Source of the DNA: Felis catus
Lineage: Eukaryota
Length of the DNA: 64,000 bases
Assembly: GCF_018350175.1 (NCBI RefSeq)
Contig: NC_058368.1
Span: 37,884,001 to 37,948,000, forward strand
Direction: 5' to 3'
The position numbers were made by a program, and so were the translations under genes. Each line of letters opens with the position of its first letter. The stretch's first letter is position 1. This document shows, one piece after another, positions 26,292-39,858 of the stretch. Below the pieces are notes generated by a model. The model ran no database searches and was not told the DNA's origin. It was given only the letters and a program-made list of their open reading frames with translations.

Positions 26292-28424
26292 TCTATCCTT
26301 GATTTCTTACCTGAGAGACGATGTGTATTACTTGGCTTGTTAAGAGTCTTTCATAAGCTGCTGCCAGGGTGATGTTTAACCATGCTACACTTGGAAATAT
26401 AATTCCCAAGATCCTAGGCAACAGAAAAATCAATACACAGCTGGGCCTTTAGTCAAGAAGTTACTCTCTGCCAAAAGGAGTGAAATAAAACACTTTTGTC
26501 GCTCTAATAGGAAAAGATGAGACACCTAGTTCTGATGAAGATGGAAATATATTCATGTAAAACTTTCTAAAATATCTGCTAATCCCCTTTATAATGGAAA
26601 TACATAGAGATTACTTTTTGATTTCCAGGAAGTTGGCTAGAATTTGCCACTGTTTAGGGCCCTGCCACCTTACCTGTTGGATTGTCTTTTGTGGTACCCT
26701 AGAGAGATAACTATAACCTTGACTTCTGCAGACAGAATAGTCAGTGATTTTTGCATATTTACTCTTAATGAAATATTAAGATTTGAATGTATTGATTAGG
26801 CAATCAAGACATAATTAATTTTGAAAAATGAAAAGTATACTTATTCGGTATCAGAAAATATTAAGTAGACAAAGGTACAAATGAGTTTTCCAAGTCTGAT
26901 GCCTCTGTTAACTACACGCGTAATTGGGAACTTAGCGTTTGCCTTTTGTATTTTAAAACTTCGTTCATATTTAATTCTAACCTTGAGAGCATATAATAAT
27001 TATTTGCAGAAGGATGTTGCCTTTAATTAGTAATTCATTAAGACTCAAATTCTTAAAGTATAGAGTAATCTAATATTTGAAGAAAGAACCCGTTATGAGA
27101 AATACAGAAGCTCTACTGTTAACTTTCCAGAAGAGATCAGGGATAAGTGTGTTTTTCTGAACAAGCTATAGTGTAATACTTTCAACAATATTTACTATAG
27201 GCTTTCACAGATTTTTTTTTAATATCTAGATATTGATCACTGGTTATTTGGTTATTGGCTTAAAGGTCTGTGAGTGCTCTCTCCATAGGCAGTGGCCTAA
27301 TCCAAACAGAAAATTGTGGAGCATATTGTGATAATTTTCTCCTTGCTATTCTTTATTCAAAAACAAAATACTGAAATGCATATTCACATGGCACATTCTG
27401 TTTTTTGGCTTTGTTTTTTCAGTATTTTTCATTAATTTATTATTATATTCTCAGAACTTACATGAAAGCTTGGAATACAGTCAACAATAAATAGTGGCTG
27501 AATTAATGGTGATTGAACTCTGACAATTTAGAAAGATAGATTTAAAGCCTGATTCGTTAAGTATAATCCTAACATATTGATTTAAGGAGTATATATTTTA
27601 GTCATTACTGTAAAAAAAAATTTCTTCGCTTTTCCTAAGCAAGGATGAAGCAAGTAGCAATAGAAATTCACTTTATAACTAATACTATTGGTTTAAAATA
27701 TTGATGATTAGTTTTGTGGGGTTTTAAGCAAAAAGAATTTATTAAAAAAAAATGGGTTTTCTTTGAGTAAAAAACAGTGAGAAACATTAGTAAGGAATGA
27801 TAACAACGTGGACCCAAAAGGCATAAAATCTAGGGTTCAGTGAAAGTTTTGATCATTACTAAGAGTATTTTCTAGCATGAGAGGTAAGCGTTTGTTCATT
27901 CACCATCTTATAAATGTCTAATAACATTGATAAGAAAGTCATTTCATTTTTTTTTCTAGGAAGCATCATTCTATAAGAATCATGTTTCTTTCAAGATTTC
28001 ATTTCTAAACATTTAAACTTCAAACAATTCTAATAGCATTAGGGAGTCTGTCTAGTTTATTTAAAGATGAAAACATATTTTGAGGGGAGCTGTACATCTC
28101 TAATTGATATTTCTTTTTAAGAAACGTAGCCATTGTAAATATTTCTCAGAAAGATAATCATGGAAAATTAAATTAATTAATTAGAATGATTACTTTGAAT
28201 TTTATCTCTTCATTATCTTTTGTGATTTCATTAGTTAAGTGATAATAATGGTCTTATTATTTCTAAGATGAAATCTATGAATTGGTTTTAAATGATTCAA
28301 ATAAACCTCAATATTTGTCTGCATGGCACCTAGCAATGCATTTTCCTTTTAACTCTAGTCTAACTGGAAAATTAAATATACATAAAATTACCTTTATGTA
28401 CATTTTTCAAAAGGAAATTCAAAG

Positions 28425-28633
28425 TTTTTTTTTTTAATTTTTAAATATGTATATATTTTGAGAAACAGAGACAGCATGAGTGGGGGAAGGGCAGAGAGAG
28501 AAGAGACAGAATCCCAAGCAGATTCTGTGCTGTCAGCGTGAAGCCCTGGGGCTCAAACTCACAAACTGTGAAATCAGGACCTGAGCCCAAACAAAGAGTC
28601 AGATGCTTAACTGACTGAGCCACCCAAGCACTC
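28425..28633 (-). mobile_element. CanSINE (older type)
   Basis: antisense body; TSD gga(a/g)att(c/g)aaagtttt. Confidence 0.93.
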
Positions 28634-30631
28634 AGGAGATTGAAAGTTTTAATGAAAGCATCCCATAGGTTTAAGTAAACTATTTATCAGTGCTAATAAT
28701 TTTTCTTTCTAAAACTAAAAATGGAAGATACAGTAGCTAAGAGGTAAAAACATCTATAATTTAATGATTTAAGTCATGATGAAGAGAATGAATGTGAACA
28801 ACTTTGGATGTTGCCATCTTTCTGCCTCCCTGTTTATATTGCAGATTTTAAATTACAGGGTAGAAATCAAAGTTAGATGAAAATTTGACTTTTTTCCCCT
28901 TTCACATAGATCTTTACTTTTCTAGAAGGATTATAAACTAGTGTTCTAAATAGCAATTAATTACTCCATTCTGTTCCCTTAAACTCCCCCTCCCCCCACC
29001 TTCTACCACCAACACACACACAATAATGAAAAGAGTGGATTAAACTCTATATCTGTCAGGTTCTCATGTATTGAATTTTATATATTTCATTTTACTGTCT
29101 CCAGTTGATCAGCACAATAGGAAAAGGTTTTTGGCCATGGCTTATACTTTGGAATTAGTTTACATTCTAGATACTAAAGGGGATCCTGCAAACTGTTCTT
29201 TGAATTATAACCTATGTTGTTCTGAAATATGCAATATCAAGAATTTCAGAGATGAAAGTCTAATAGTAGAAATTAATTTGACCCATATGTAATTTATTAG
29301 ATGTAAAGAAAAATAATTTTGTAATACTTTCAAACATAATGAAAAGCTCAAGAAACAAAATTAAATCCATAGCTTTAAGGAGGAAAATATAAACAAATGC
29401 TATAAGACAATGGCTTCTGAACAATACTTTAAAAAATAGGTAACTTACTGAATATGGAAATCCCTGTCTGACCCCATCCCCAAGCAAATATGTCTACTGA
29501 GCAGTAACAAAGAATACTACATGTGTGAGTACCAGCTTACAAACAAAATTCAACTCTTGGTCAAAAATAATTATTACAAAAATGTGATTTTAGGGCAATG
29601 TGTTCACAGTTTGGGAGCAATGTACTGTACCAATTTTAAACCAAACATCAATGAGTTTTGTAATTTTGGGGCAAATGCTGTTGCATATCTAGTTTCTCCA
29701 AATACCACATCTGCCATTATCATTTTGTTTTAACAAAAGAAGTAAAACGAAATTCCTGCTACTCAAATATTCTGTACTGATTTTGCTTCTCCAGACAACA
29801 CGCTTCTCATTATGTATAAGTTCTTTATAAAGTATTCTCACTATGAAGGATTCCAACATTCTTTTCTAACCAAACATAAGATAATAAAAGATAAGTATCT
29901 CATTCTATTTAAGGGATCATTTGCCACTGAATGCCCCCTAAGTAGTGAGAGTGCTTTATGTTGGCCAAGGTAGAGCTTAGGTGTATTTAAACCTTGATGT
30001 CAGAGACATTATGATTTGCTTTTGAGTAATGGGTAAGGAAAAGAATCAGAAAACTTTGTAGAAATATGAACATTCTATCCTATTGGGTTAAAAAACTTAA
30101 TAATTTCATTTTTTTATATTTTATTCATCTGTTTCATCATATTTTAATTTATTTTAATCACTTTTAATGTTGAAATGCCTTCATTATCCAGAGGCCTACC
30201 GCTCATAGAAGAAGTAATATGTGTGAACTTCTGTGAAAAATAAACTTACTAATTAGTCTCCTCTATTTAGATTTAGGACTGGAGGCACAAGCTGATTACC
30301 CTAACATATTTTTAATGAAACATGTTTGCTAAGGAGTTTAGTAAATTGCTTATTTATTAGATAAATCAAATATCTAAGTTACTTAAAAATTATCATTATT
30401 AATTAGAAACATCCAATTGCCTTGCAATTTTAATTGTGATTAGTAACCACTTATGTTATTAAAGACATGGATCTGAAAATCTTTACTTGCAATAGTTTAT
30501 GTCTTTTCCTCCATAAAATTTTAAATTATAAGGTGCTTCCTTTTCAAGGTCCAAATTCAGTTCTGATTGGTGTTCCATGATAAAACTTCTCATATCATTT
30601 TGAGTTACATAATTTTTACTTTATAGTAATA

Positions 30632-30846
30632 TGTATATATATTTATTCTGAGAGAGAGAGAGAGAGAAAGCATGTGTGTGCAAGAAGGGGGAAGGGCGAA
30701 GAGAGAGGGAGAGAAAGAATCCCAAGCAGAGTCTGCACTGTCAGCCCAGAGCCAGACTGGGAGTTCAAATCCACGAACTGTGAGATCATGACCTGAGCTG
30801 AAATCAAGAGTCAGAAGCTCGACCAGCTGAGCCACCCAGGGGCCCC
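30632..30846 (-). mobile_element. CanSINE (older type)
   Basis: antisense body. Confidence 0.93.
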
Positions 30847-30871
30847 GTAATATATATATTTAAATATCTTT

Positions 30872-31128
30872 GGGGCGCCTGGGTGGCGCAGTCGGTTAAG
30901 CGTCCGACTTCAGCCAGGTCACGATCTCGCGGTCCGTGAGTTCGAGCCCCGCGTCGGGCTCTGGGCTGATGGCTCAGAGCCTGGAGCCTGTTTCCGATTC
31001 TGTGTCTCCCTCTCTCTGCCCCTCCCCCGTTCAAGCTCTGTCTCTCTCTGTCCCAAAAATAAATAAACGTTGGGAAAAAAAAATTAAAAAAATTAAAAAT
31101 TAAAAAAAAATTAAAAAATTAAAAAAAA
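30872..31128 (+). mobile_element. CanSINE (young SINEC_Fc type) with a patterned A/T tail
   Basis: CpGs intact; TSD taaatatctt. Confidence 0.97.
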
Positions 31129-32436
31129 TAAATATCTTAGAGACTCATCCCTGATACATATGATACATATTTTCTCTGTGAAATGATAGAAGACACTAAA
31201 AACTGAGCTACATACGTATTACTTCTTATTTTAAAAGCTCTTTTTGCTGTTAAGCCACAGTATATAAATAAAGCCCAAACTTGGAAAGCACATCACTCTA
31301 ATACTCTCATTTTAACTATATTGTAAATCCAGTATTTTATTTCTCAACTGTTTTTTTTCTTGAATTCCCAAAAAAGATACATTCCTAGTTTTATTTCTCT
31401 CTTTAGTGCCCTGCTTCTTGAAAGACTAGTATCCAAATGCTGTCTCAGTTTTACCTTAAATTTACTTCCAACCCTCTGTTTTTCTGGCTTCTTATTTTAT
31501 TGTCATTGGTAATGAAATTTCCAGCTACTAATTAACTAATCAACCACCAACCATAATTTCCAATAAAGAATCTTAAGGCTTAGCTAAAATGTTCTTCCAC
31601 ATTTAACACTCCATCATACATCCTTTCAAATTTATTCCTTATTTATTTTTATTTCATTGAATATCAATCGAATCACACATTATATGATATATAGTAAAAT
31701 CACAATAAATAATCTTAAAGTTTATTTGTTGGTACTGAAATTTTTGGACAAGTTACACAATGTAGCTCATTAATAGCAATGGCTTAACGGGATTGCCAAC
31801 CTCTTGTTTCCTGGTGTATTGAAAATTGAGCATGGAACAATTAAGCAGCTAAAAATAGGGCTAAACTGACATTTGTATGGTCAAAACAATCCTATAAATC
31901 TAATATAAAAATACGTTATTTTTTTTTCAGAAATATATTTTGGTACTTAAATCACATGGTCTTTTACAAAAATTAAGTTCATTCTTTTATGAAAAGTTTT
32001 AGGAAATCACTAGTTTTTTTTGTTTTTGTTTTTTTAAATCTGACTCATCAGTTTTGAAAGGGTATTCAAAAACCATTTCCAATAATGGGTATAATAAATA
32101 AACAGGCAGAATTCGTCTTAGAGGTATTATTATTAGTGCTGCCAATAAAACTTTATCTGCAGTTTGCCCAAGATATTTAACGAAGAATAAACTTATCCAA
32201 TATGAATATGTACTTCTTCTATCATTTAATGTGAACTAATAAATGCATTTAATATCTGTGATTAAAATGCATGAGTTCCCTCATGATTAAATCATTCTTG
32301 GTAATAGCTAGGTTCAAATTTTAATTATTTTAACTACTTGCTTAAAACACAGAGTTTCTATTTTATGCTCTGATTCTACTCCAGATTTCATCCGGGGGGG
32401 AGAAAATTCAAGCAGTGAAATGGTCAGGAGGGGCTT

Positions 32437-32455
32437 TGGCGCCATCTTGCGGTTA
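32437..32455 (-). promoter_or_regulatory. Strong CTCF core motif overlapping a YY1-type motif
   Basis: minus strand TAACCGCAAGATGGCGCCA fits the CTCF core pattern CC(A/G)(C/G)NAG(A/G)(G/T)GGC(A/G)(C/G) and contains CAAGATGGC (YY1); no repeat recognised here; two CpGs retained. Confidence 0.6.
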
Positions 32456-33032
32456 ATTAAATTATGGTCCTGGTTTGTTTTCTTTCCCAATTGATCACTA
32501 TGCCCCACAATGAAAGGAACAGTATATATCTTGAATTCTTAACTTCCATGGCAACCTAGCACATTAGTAAATATCTTTCAATTAGTATGCAAGCTATGCA
32601 TCTTCTGTATAATCATCCCACGTTCATTCTTGTTTTTATGCATTTACTAAAGCAGTTTCTATCTCCTGAAAGGCTGCACCCTTTAATTCCCTCATCCTAC
32701 GAATCCGACTCTTACCTACTCACCAAGACCAAAGTGAAAATAACACCACCTTTACAAAGCCTTCATGAATTCTTCTGTGTCTCAGTGGTTCATTTCTTGG
32801 AATAGTTATTGTACCTAAAGTCAGTGAGAAAAACACAATTTAGGACCCCGTTATTCCAGTGGCAATAAGATATTATCTGTTTAGTTAAATTAGAAATATT
32901 ATTTTAAACAGTTTCAACTGTATTATGAAAAATTTAAAAATATATAAATGTAGGGAGAGTGGTTCTATGAAGCCTCGTATATCCACTACTCAGGTATACA
33001 GTTACTAATTCACGCCCCGCGTTTCATCTGTA

Positions 33033-33197
33033 ACCTTGTTGCTCAAAGTGTGTGGGGGCTGGTTGCATTGCCATTATCTAGCAGCTTGTTAGACATGTGG
33101 ACTCTCACTGTACCACTACAGAAGGACTGGATCCAAATCTACCTTTTAACAAGATTCCCAAATGATTTTTAAGCTTTACAGCTTGAGAAGCATTGGT
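33033..33197. mobile_element. MER5A1-like hAT-Charlie MITE
   Basis: ctcaaagtgtg..gcttgttagacatg..ttttaacaagattccc..ttgagaagcattg. Confidence 0.75.
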
Positions 33198-33314
33198 GTT
33201 TCGTACAACCCACTTCACGACCAATACCGCAACTGGATTATTTTGAGAAAATTCCAAAGATACCAGCAAATCCTCGAAAATATTTCAGTATGCATCTCAT
33301 AAAGATGAGTATTA

Positions 33315-33513
33315 TTTAAACATGTTTTTTATGCTGATTTATTTTTGAGAGAGAGTGAGTGGGGAAGGGACAGAGAGAGAAGGAGACAGAGAAGCCAAAG
33401 CAGGTTCCATGCTGTCAGCGCAAAGACCAACGTGGGGCTCAAATCCACAAGCGGTGAGATCATGACCTCAGCTGAAGTCAGACACTCAACTGACTAAGCC
33501 ACCCAGGTGCCCC
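33315..33513 (-). mobile_element. CanSINE
   Basis: antisense body. Confidence 0.93.
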
Positions 33514-33603
33514 AAGATTAGGATTATTTTTAAAAAAACATAATCACAATCACATTATTATACCATTAATATACTAAACCATTATCAGTAGTTTTCAGTT
33601 TTA

Positions 33604-33822
33604 TTTTTTTTTTTAGTGTTTTTATTTATTTTTGAAGGAGAGAGAGAGAGACAGAGCATGAGCAGGGGAGAAGCAGAGAGAGAGGGAGCCACAGAATTCA
33701 AAGCAGGCTCCAGGCTCTGAGCTGTCAGCACAGAGCCGGACGCGGGGCTCGAACTCACGAACCGTGAGATCATGACCTGAGCCGAAGCCGAACACTCAAC
33801 TGACTGAGCCACCCAGGCGCCC
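33604..33822 (-). mobile_element. CanSINE
   Basis: perfect TSD cagtagttttcagtttta. Confidence 0.97.
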
Positions 33823-34129
33823 CAGTAGTTTTCAGTTTTAAATCTCCCTACTTAAGTCATGAATGCTTTCATTTAATATTTGATTGTTAAAATTAGGATC
33901 CAAACACAGTCACATACTGCATTTTGTTGAAATGTGCCTTAGATCTGTAAGGTTGTAGGTTCTACCTCACAATTGTGTTCCTTTTACTTATAACTTATTT
34001 GTTGAATAAAGTGATTCATTTTGAAGAGTTTTTCATATTCAGTATCATGCTGATTGTATGTATGTCTAGGGAAAGAATGTATACAATAAGCCTAAAGGCT
34101 CCTCAGAGATGGTATAGTTATAGTCAACC

Positions 34130-34925
34130 TATGATTCTGTTTTAGTTACATAGAGCCATAGCAATATGGTGTAACTACTTGCTCCCAAATTCTTGGGCTC
34201 ACACAGCTGGACTCAGTATCATGTCTATGGGCAGTTCTAGAATAGCTAAAATGACTTACAGGTTTAATCTGTTTGGGCTACTGTAATAAAAATACCATAA
34301 ACTATATGGTTTATAAGCAACAGAAATTTATTTCTCACAGTTATGGAGGCTGGGAACTCCAAGGTCATGACACTAGGAGATTCCCTGTCGGGTGAAGGCT
34401 TGCTTGCAGGTTCACCGTTGGTCATCTTCTCACTATGACCTCATGTCGCAGAAGAGGCAAGGAATCTCTCTATGGTCTCATTAATAAGGGCACAGATACT
34501 ATTCATGTGGGCTGAACCCTCTTGATCTAATCATATCCCAAAGTACCCACCTTCCAGTACCATCATATTGGAGGTTAGGATTTCAACATACGGATTTTAG
34601 ATGCGGCGTAAACATTCATTCTTTAGCACCTACTGATACGATCTGAATGATCTCTCTCCCATGTTTGAGGTTCAGCTTGGGCAAGTAGGCTGCCTTGGTT
34701 TGTTTCTAATGGTCTCTCATCCTTCAGAAAGTTATCTTAAGCTGATTCTCAAAGCATGTGTAGGAGTCATAGAGAACAGAAGCAAGCAAGTTTTCCTTAT
34801 ATCTAGACTCAGTGTGGGAAGATGAATCCACCTCTTGATGTGAAATGTTGCAAAAACATATCCAAAATATTGTGGAAGAAAGAAAAGTGGAGAGTCAGGT
34901 TCATTTTTTTTTTCAGTAGACCACA
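34130..34925 (-). mobile_element. Older MLT1-type LTR remnant hosting an MLT1A
   Basis: ggtctctcatccttcag..ccacctcttgatg..tgttgcaaa..accaca motifs flank the MLT1A. Confidence 0.5.
34260..34628 (-). mobile_element. MLT1A/MLT1A0 MaLR solo LTR
   Basis: aacagaaatttatttctcacagttatggaggctgggaa..ttaggatttcaacata..aaacattca..tagca. Confidence 0.85.
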
Positions 34926-35924
34926 TTTTTTTAAAGAATATTTTACTGCACGTGTGAAAAATAATGTCAATGCCATGCCATTTCCATGGGCAGTTTCACT
35001 TAAATATTACCTATTATTCTGTCCTGCCAATGCTAATAAGATTTTTTCAATTATAGGTAAAATAGTGTCATTTTTTCATATTCTAGATTTTATTCTGAGT
35101 GTCTTCTTACAATGTTTAACAGGTGTCTTCCTTTTCCAGTGAAGCTCATTATGTTTTTGTTTATTTTCCATAGCATTATTGGTCATTCTCTCACACATTG
35201 ATCAAAGCTCTGATCCTAAAGGAAAAATGGCTGTATATAAATACTGTTTGAAAAAGTTAGGTGATACATATATACGTACCCAAGTACGTAAATGCAAAGA
35301 AGAGTGGAAATTGGGTCCCCTTATACCCTGGTAGTTATTGTCCTCACCATTAGTCCTTCTGCTCTTCAGTAAATGTGAATGACAGGATCTTCACCTTCAG
35401 GCTTCTCACCGCTGTCTATGAGCTTAGACAAATACATACCTACTACTTTTCTAAGGCATCAGGAAACGGTGTTCAGACTCCACAGGTATCCCAGGCAGCA
35501 TTCCATTTAGGCCAGTATTTGCAGATGTTAGCCTAATACAGCAGATCTCCATTCCAGAACACCAACATATGCTTGAGATACTAATTAAGGAAAATAATGA
35601 ACATAGAGTGTTTTTGCAGGATTCATCAGAAAGCCATTAATTAATAACACCCTATATACAGTAAGAATTCCCAAATACAACCATTATTATTTGAATCATT
35701 AATGGTCAAATTATGTTACAGTAAATAGTGTGTTTTTAGGTAATTTTCATACTGGGCTAATTAATTTAAATTTACCTAATCCTACTAAATTAAAATGATT
35801 TTTTATTTGAAAATGTAAAGTTTTCTTTCCCCCCCTTTGGCTTTCTAAAAGAGATTTTCGTGGTTTTTTGTGTTGCTGTTGTTGTTGTTTTTTGTTTTGG
35901 GGGGACTTATTTTTTGTTTTTACT

Positions 35925-36312
35925 TTTTAAAAAAGTTTTTTCATTTGAGTATAGCTGACACATCATGTTAACATTATTTTCAGTTGTGTGACATAGTGAT
36001 TCAATTTCTTTATTCATTATGTTTTGCTCACAAGTTGTAGCTACCCTCTGACACCAGACAACACTATTACAATATCCTTGACATATTCCCAATGCTGGTC
36101 TTATTTTTGTGACTTATTGTTAACTTAACCGAAGGCCTGTGCCTCCCACCCCCTTTCGCTCATCCCTTTACCCCTTCCGTCTGACAATCATCAGTTCGTT
36201 TGCTGTGTTTATAGGTCTGGTTCTGCTCTTACCTTGTTTGTTTGTTCATTTGCTTTGTTTTTAAGATTCTACATAGGAGTGAAATGATAAGGTACTTGTC
36301 TTTCTCAGGTCT
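35925..36312 (-). mobile_element. Carnivore L1 3' end (L1_Carn-like)
   Basis: gagtatagctgacaca..catagtgattcaa..agattctacata..gagtgaaatgata..gtacttgtctttctc. Confidence 0.8.
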
Positions 36313-36605
36313 GATCTATGAATCTGCTTCATCTCGCTAGATCTTTATTTTCTCATTTGTAAAGTATAGTTCTTGGACCAATAAATGTATTTCACCACTG
36401 TCTGAGTCCCAGGTTTGTTTGAGAATTCAAGACACCCTCTTAAAAATGTAAGCATACCATATTACACATAATCTCATGTGGGTTGCAGAAACGCGATAAT
36501 GCAGACCTAATACTTGTAACTGTAATAAATTTATTTTTGGAAATAACTTCTAGATCTTGCATAAGAAATGTCTTACGTTTGCTTGCTATTAATGCATCTG
36601 GTGAT

Positions 36606-36830
36606 GGGACACCTGGGTGGCTCAGTCTGTTAAGCGTCTGACTTTGGCTCAGGTCATGATCTCACGGTTCGTGGGTTCAAACCCTGCATCAGGCTCTGTG
36701 CTGACAGCTCAGAGCCTGGAGCCTGCTTCTGATTCTGTGTCTCCCTCTCTCTCTGCCCCTCACCTGCTCATACTTTGTCTCTCCCCTGCTGTCTCTGTTT
36801 CTGAAAAATAAATAAATGTTAAAAAATTTT
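36606..36830 (+). mobile_element. CanSINE
   Basis: head/CT/A tail. Confidence 0.95.
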
Positions 36831-39049
36831 CTTTAGATAAATAAATTTGGTGAGAAGTTATCTTCAAATATTAATGTATATATTCATGTTTTTATTAGTG
36901 GATTAAAGAAAGTTTGTAAGAAAAGGAAAATACTGCTGGCTGGCCAACCTTGTGTGACTTTAATAATAACTCATTACAATGACAGTGTTAGTTCATACCT
37001 ATGTGAGCTACATATTTCTAATTCTGTGCCTTAATTATTTTTCGAAATAGGATAGACAGTGGGAAAAGCTAGATTGATCAGATCTTTAAAAATCAGATAG
37101 ATTTTGGAGACTGGGAATGTTGCCTTCTTAGAAAAAAAACTTTTCATTTTTTGAGTTGAATGGGGAACAGAGAAAATATATCTTTACTCTTACTTGCTTT
37201 CTCTGAGTTGCTCATATATCACAGACCATAACATGGCATGAGAAAATTGATTCCACTGGGTATAAGTATTAAGGATGAAAACAATTCCATTAATTTTATC
37301 CATTACTCTTTTTCTGTCCTAACATTTGGACTAACTGGACAATGTCAGCTATTTTTGTGGTGATAAATAACAGGGCTATTATAGAACTAAGGTATTTTTG
37401 GATCATTCACACTTGAATTACAGGATGAAAAATGTAAGTTGAACTTAAAGGCTTTTAAAATATCAGTTTTCACCAAAATTTATGGTTAACCCATAATTTC
37501 TACTTGTATTTATGCCAATTTCATGAAAATTCTCCATTTTCTTAATTGGCAACACGATGTTTATATAACTTCATACTACATAATATCTACGTGTTAGTAT
37601 GCACAGAGTTTCTGATTCTTCATCTTCCTGCTCACTGGGCCTGACTATTTTTGTGAGTTATGAAAAAGTGAGACCTTAATGGATGTAATGAGTTGCCATG
37701 GAGATGTAACTAGGCAGAAATTCTGCCCCTCACCCCCAATTTATTGTTTCTCAGAAAAATTTATTTCCTTGTAATTCTAGAACACACCTTTTGTGTTAAG
37801 AAATCAAATAAAATACAGAGTACACACATAATTAAAAAAATACTTTGGAAGCTAATGGTATAGACAATAGCTTTGAAGGATACATCTTTTTGAGTTATAA
37901 GTGCAATCCAACATCCTGATCCAAATAATTTATTGATATATGTGATCAGTTAGGATAAGTTTTCCATCTTGTCCAGACTATATGAAGATCACAGAGCTGA
38001 TGGATTTTGAAAAAGATGAAATGGATGAGGGGGCAAGGATTGTATGTGGGAATAATTTTAGAGGTGAGTCTTTAGCAGTGGTAGTTCCAAAGTTGGAGAG
38101 CAATAGAATATCCCACAAAGCTTGGAGGCCTGAAGAAACAGTATGGACAAATACTGATCAACATGAACAGATCCATACTGTATGAGGACCTTCGCTTGTT
38201 CCTATGAGATGGGAACATTCTAAAGTGACTTGTTTCAGTAGTGAAACTGACTAAATATATCCTGAGTTTACGAACATTGTGTCTTTCTTCCTCAGATGGA
38301 ATGGGCTCTGAGTAAAGATTAATTTAGATTTGGAAAAATAGCAGAACCTTTTTTTTTTTTTTTTACACATAATGCATGGCTTAAAAATGTATTCAGTTGA
38401 CTTGTTTTGCACCATATACTTCTAAAATCAGTTACACTTTCTGTCTCAGTATTCCTCATTCAACAGGTAGATTATATCCATAATAAATAAAAGGAGATTG
38501 AAGTTTTGAGGCTATGGGAGTAGTATATCATAGCCAGTAAGTGGAAGGGAGGGAAGTCAATTTCAGGTCTCCTGACAAACTCTCTGGATTCCACAAACAT
38601 CTGCTGGGGCTCCATGACCTTACTGGTACAAGTTGAGGTGAATAAAATCAGACCACCTTTTCTATGCAGAAAACACATTAACGTACACTATGTTGTTTTG
38701 AAAGTACTGCTCTGGATAGTTCTCTGCTAGTCATCTTAGACCAGGAGGTAATAGTGATGACAGAAACCATTACCAAAGATGACAAAACAGGAATAGATTG
38801 TTTCCTGATGTCCCCAAAGAACCTGGGCCTGCCTTGGACTACTGTAATTTCCATGGACTATCTCCAGAAAATGATATGATGTTTATATCTCTGTTATTTT
38901 GAGTTTTCCCATTAGATTATGTAAAACTGAAACTAGTCCTACTTTATGCACCCTGTAAAAGTTAAACTGTGCAATGGATAACAATGAACCTAAGTAATAA
39001 TTAATAGATAATGAACCTAAGTAATAATTACTAGGTAATAATAAATTAT

Positions 39050-39608
39050 GAAAAATAAGATCATACCCTACAACCTAGCAATATCCAAGGGATACAGGTG
39101 TGATGTTTCGAAAGGACATATGCACCCCCATGTTTATAGCAGCACTATCAACAATAGCCAAACTATGGAAAGAGCCCAAATGTACATGGATGGATGAATG
39201 GATAAAGAAGATGTGGTATATATATATATACAATGGAGTATTACTCGGCAATCAAAAAGAATGAAATCTTGCCATTTGCAACTACGTGAATGGAACTGGA
39301 GGGTCTTATGCGAAGTGAAATTAGAGAAAGACAAATATCATATGACTTCACTCATATGAGGACTTTTAAGATACAAAACAGATGAATGAACATAAGGGAA
39401 GGGAGCAAAAATAATATAAAAAACAGGGAGGGAGACAAAACATACGAGACTTAAATATGGAGAATAAACAGCGTTATTGGAGGGATTGTGGGAGGGGGGA
39501 TGGGCTAAATGGGTAAGGGGCATTAAGGAATCTACTCCTGAAATCATTGTTGCACTATATGCTAATTAATTTGGATGTAAATAAAAAAATTAATAAAGAG
39601 TAAAAAAA
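39050..39608 (+). mobile_element. 5'-truncated felid LINE-1 3' end
   Basis: tgcacccccatgtttatagcagcac..aatgaaatcttgccatttgca; 3' UTR matches the 5082 and 63356 copies; TSD atta(c)taggtaata. Confidence 0.94.
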
Positions 39609-39858
39609 AGATTATAGGTAATATTTCTCTATGAATAACAGAAAGAGAGACTGGTTCCCAGGGCAGCAGGAGACTTCACAACAATTAGATACATTTAGCA
39701 TACCTAAAAAAATAAAAGAGTAGATCAAATAGAAGGAAGAGGTCAGTTAAAAAGGAGAAAGAGGAAGAAAAGGAGTCAGAAATGGAGCAAGAAAATTGAG
39801 TAATGGGGGAGAAAGTTTGTCAGTTTGTCTTCTGCACTGTGCAGGGAAAATAAAGTTG

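Larger units (their letters stand above)
32900..34050 (-). mobile_element. Old L1 3' end (L1MC-like) carrying MER5A1 and two SINE insertions
   Basis: tattatgaaaaattt..ctggattatttt..aatatttcagtatgcatctc..aacataatcacaat..aggatccaaaca motifs. Confidence 0.7.

Noticed and set aside
29071..29292. 73-aa ORF with an internal acceptor-like ctgtctccag
   Set aside because: No convincing donor and no recognisable peptide; compatible with chance.
37982..38185. 67-aa ORF MKITELMDFEKD...
   Set aside because: No splice context or known homology; the purine-rich sequence resembles decayed repeat.
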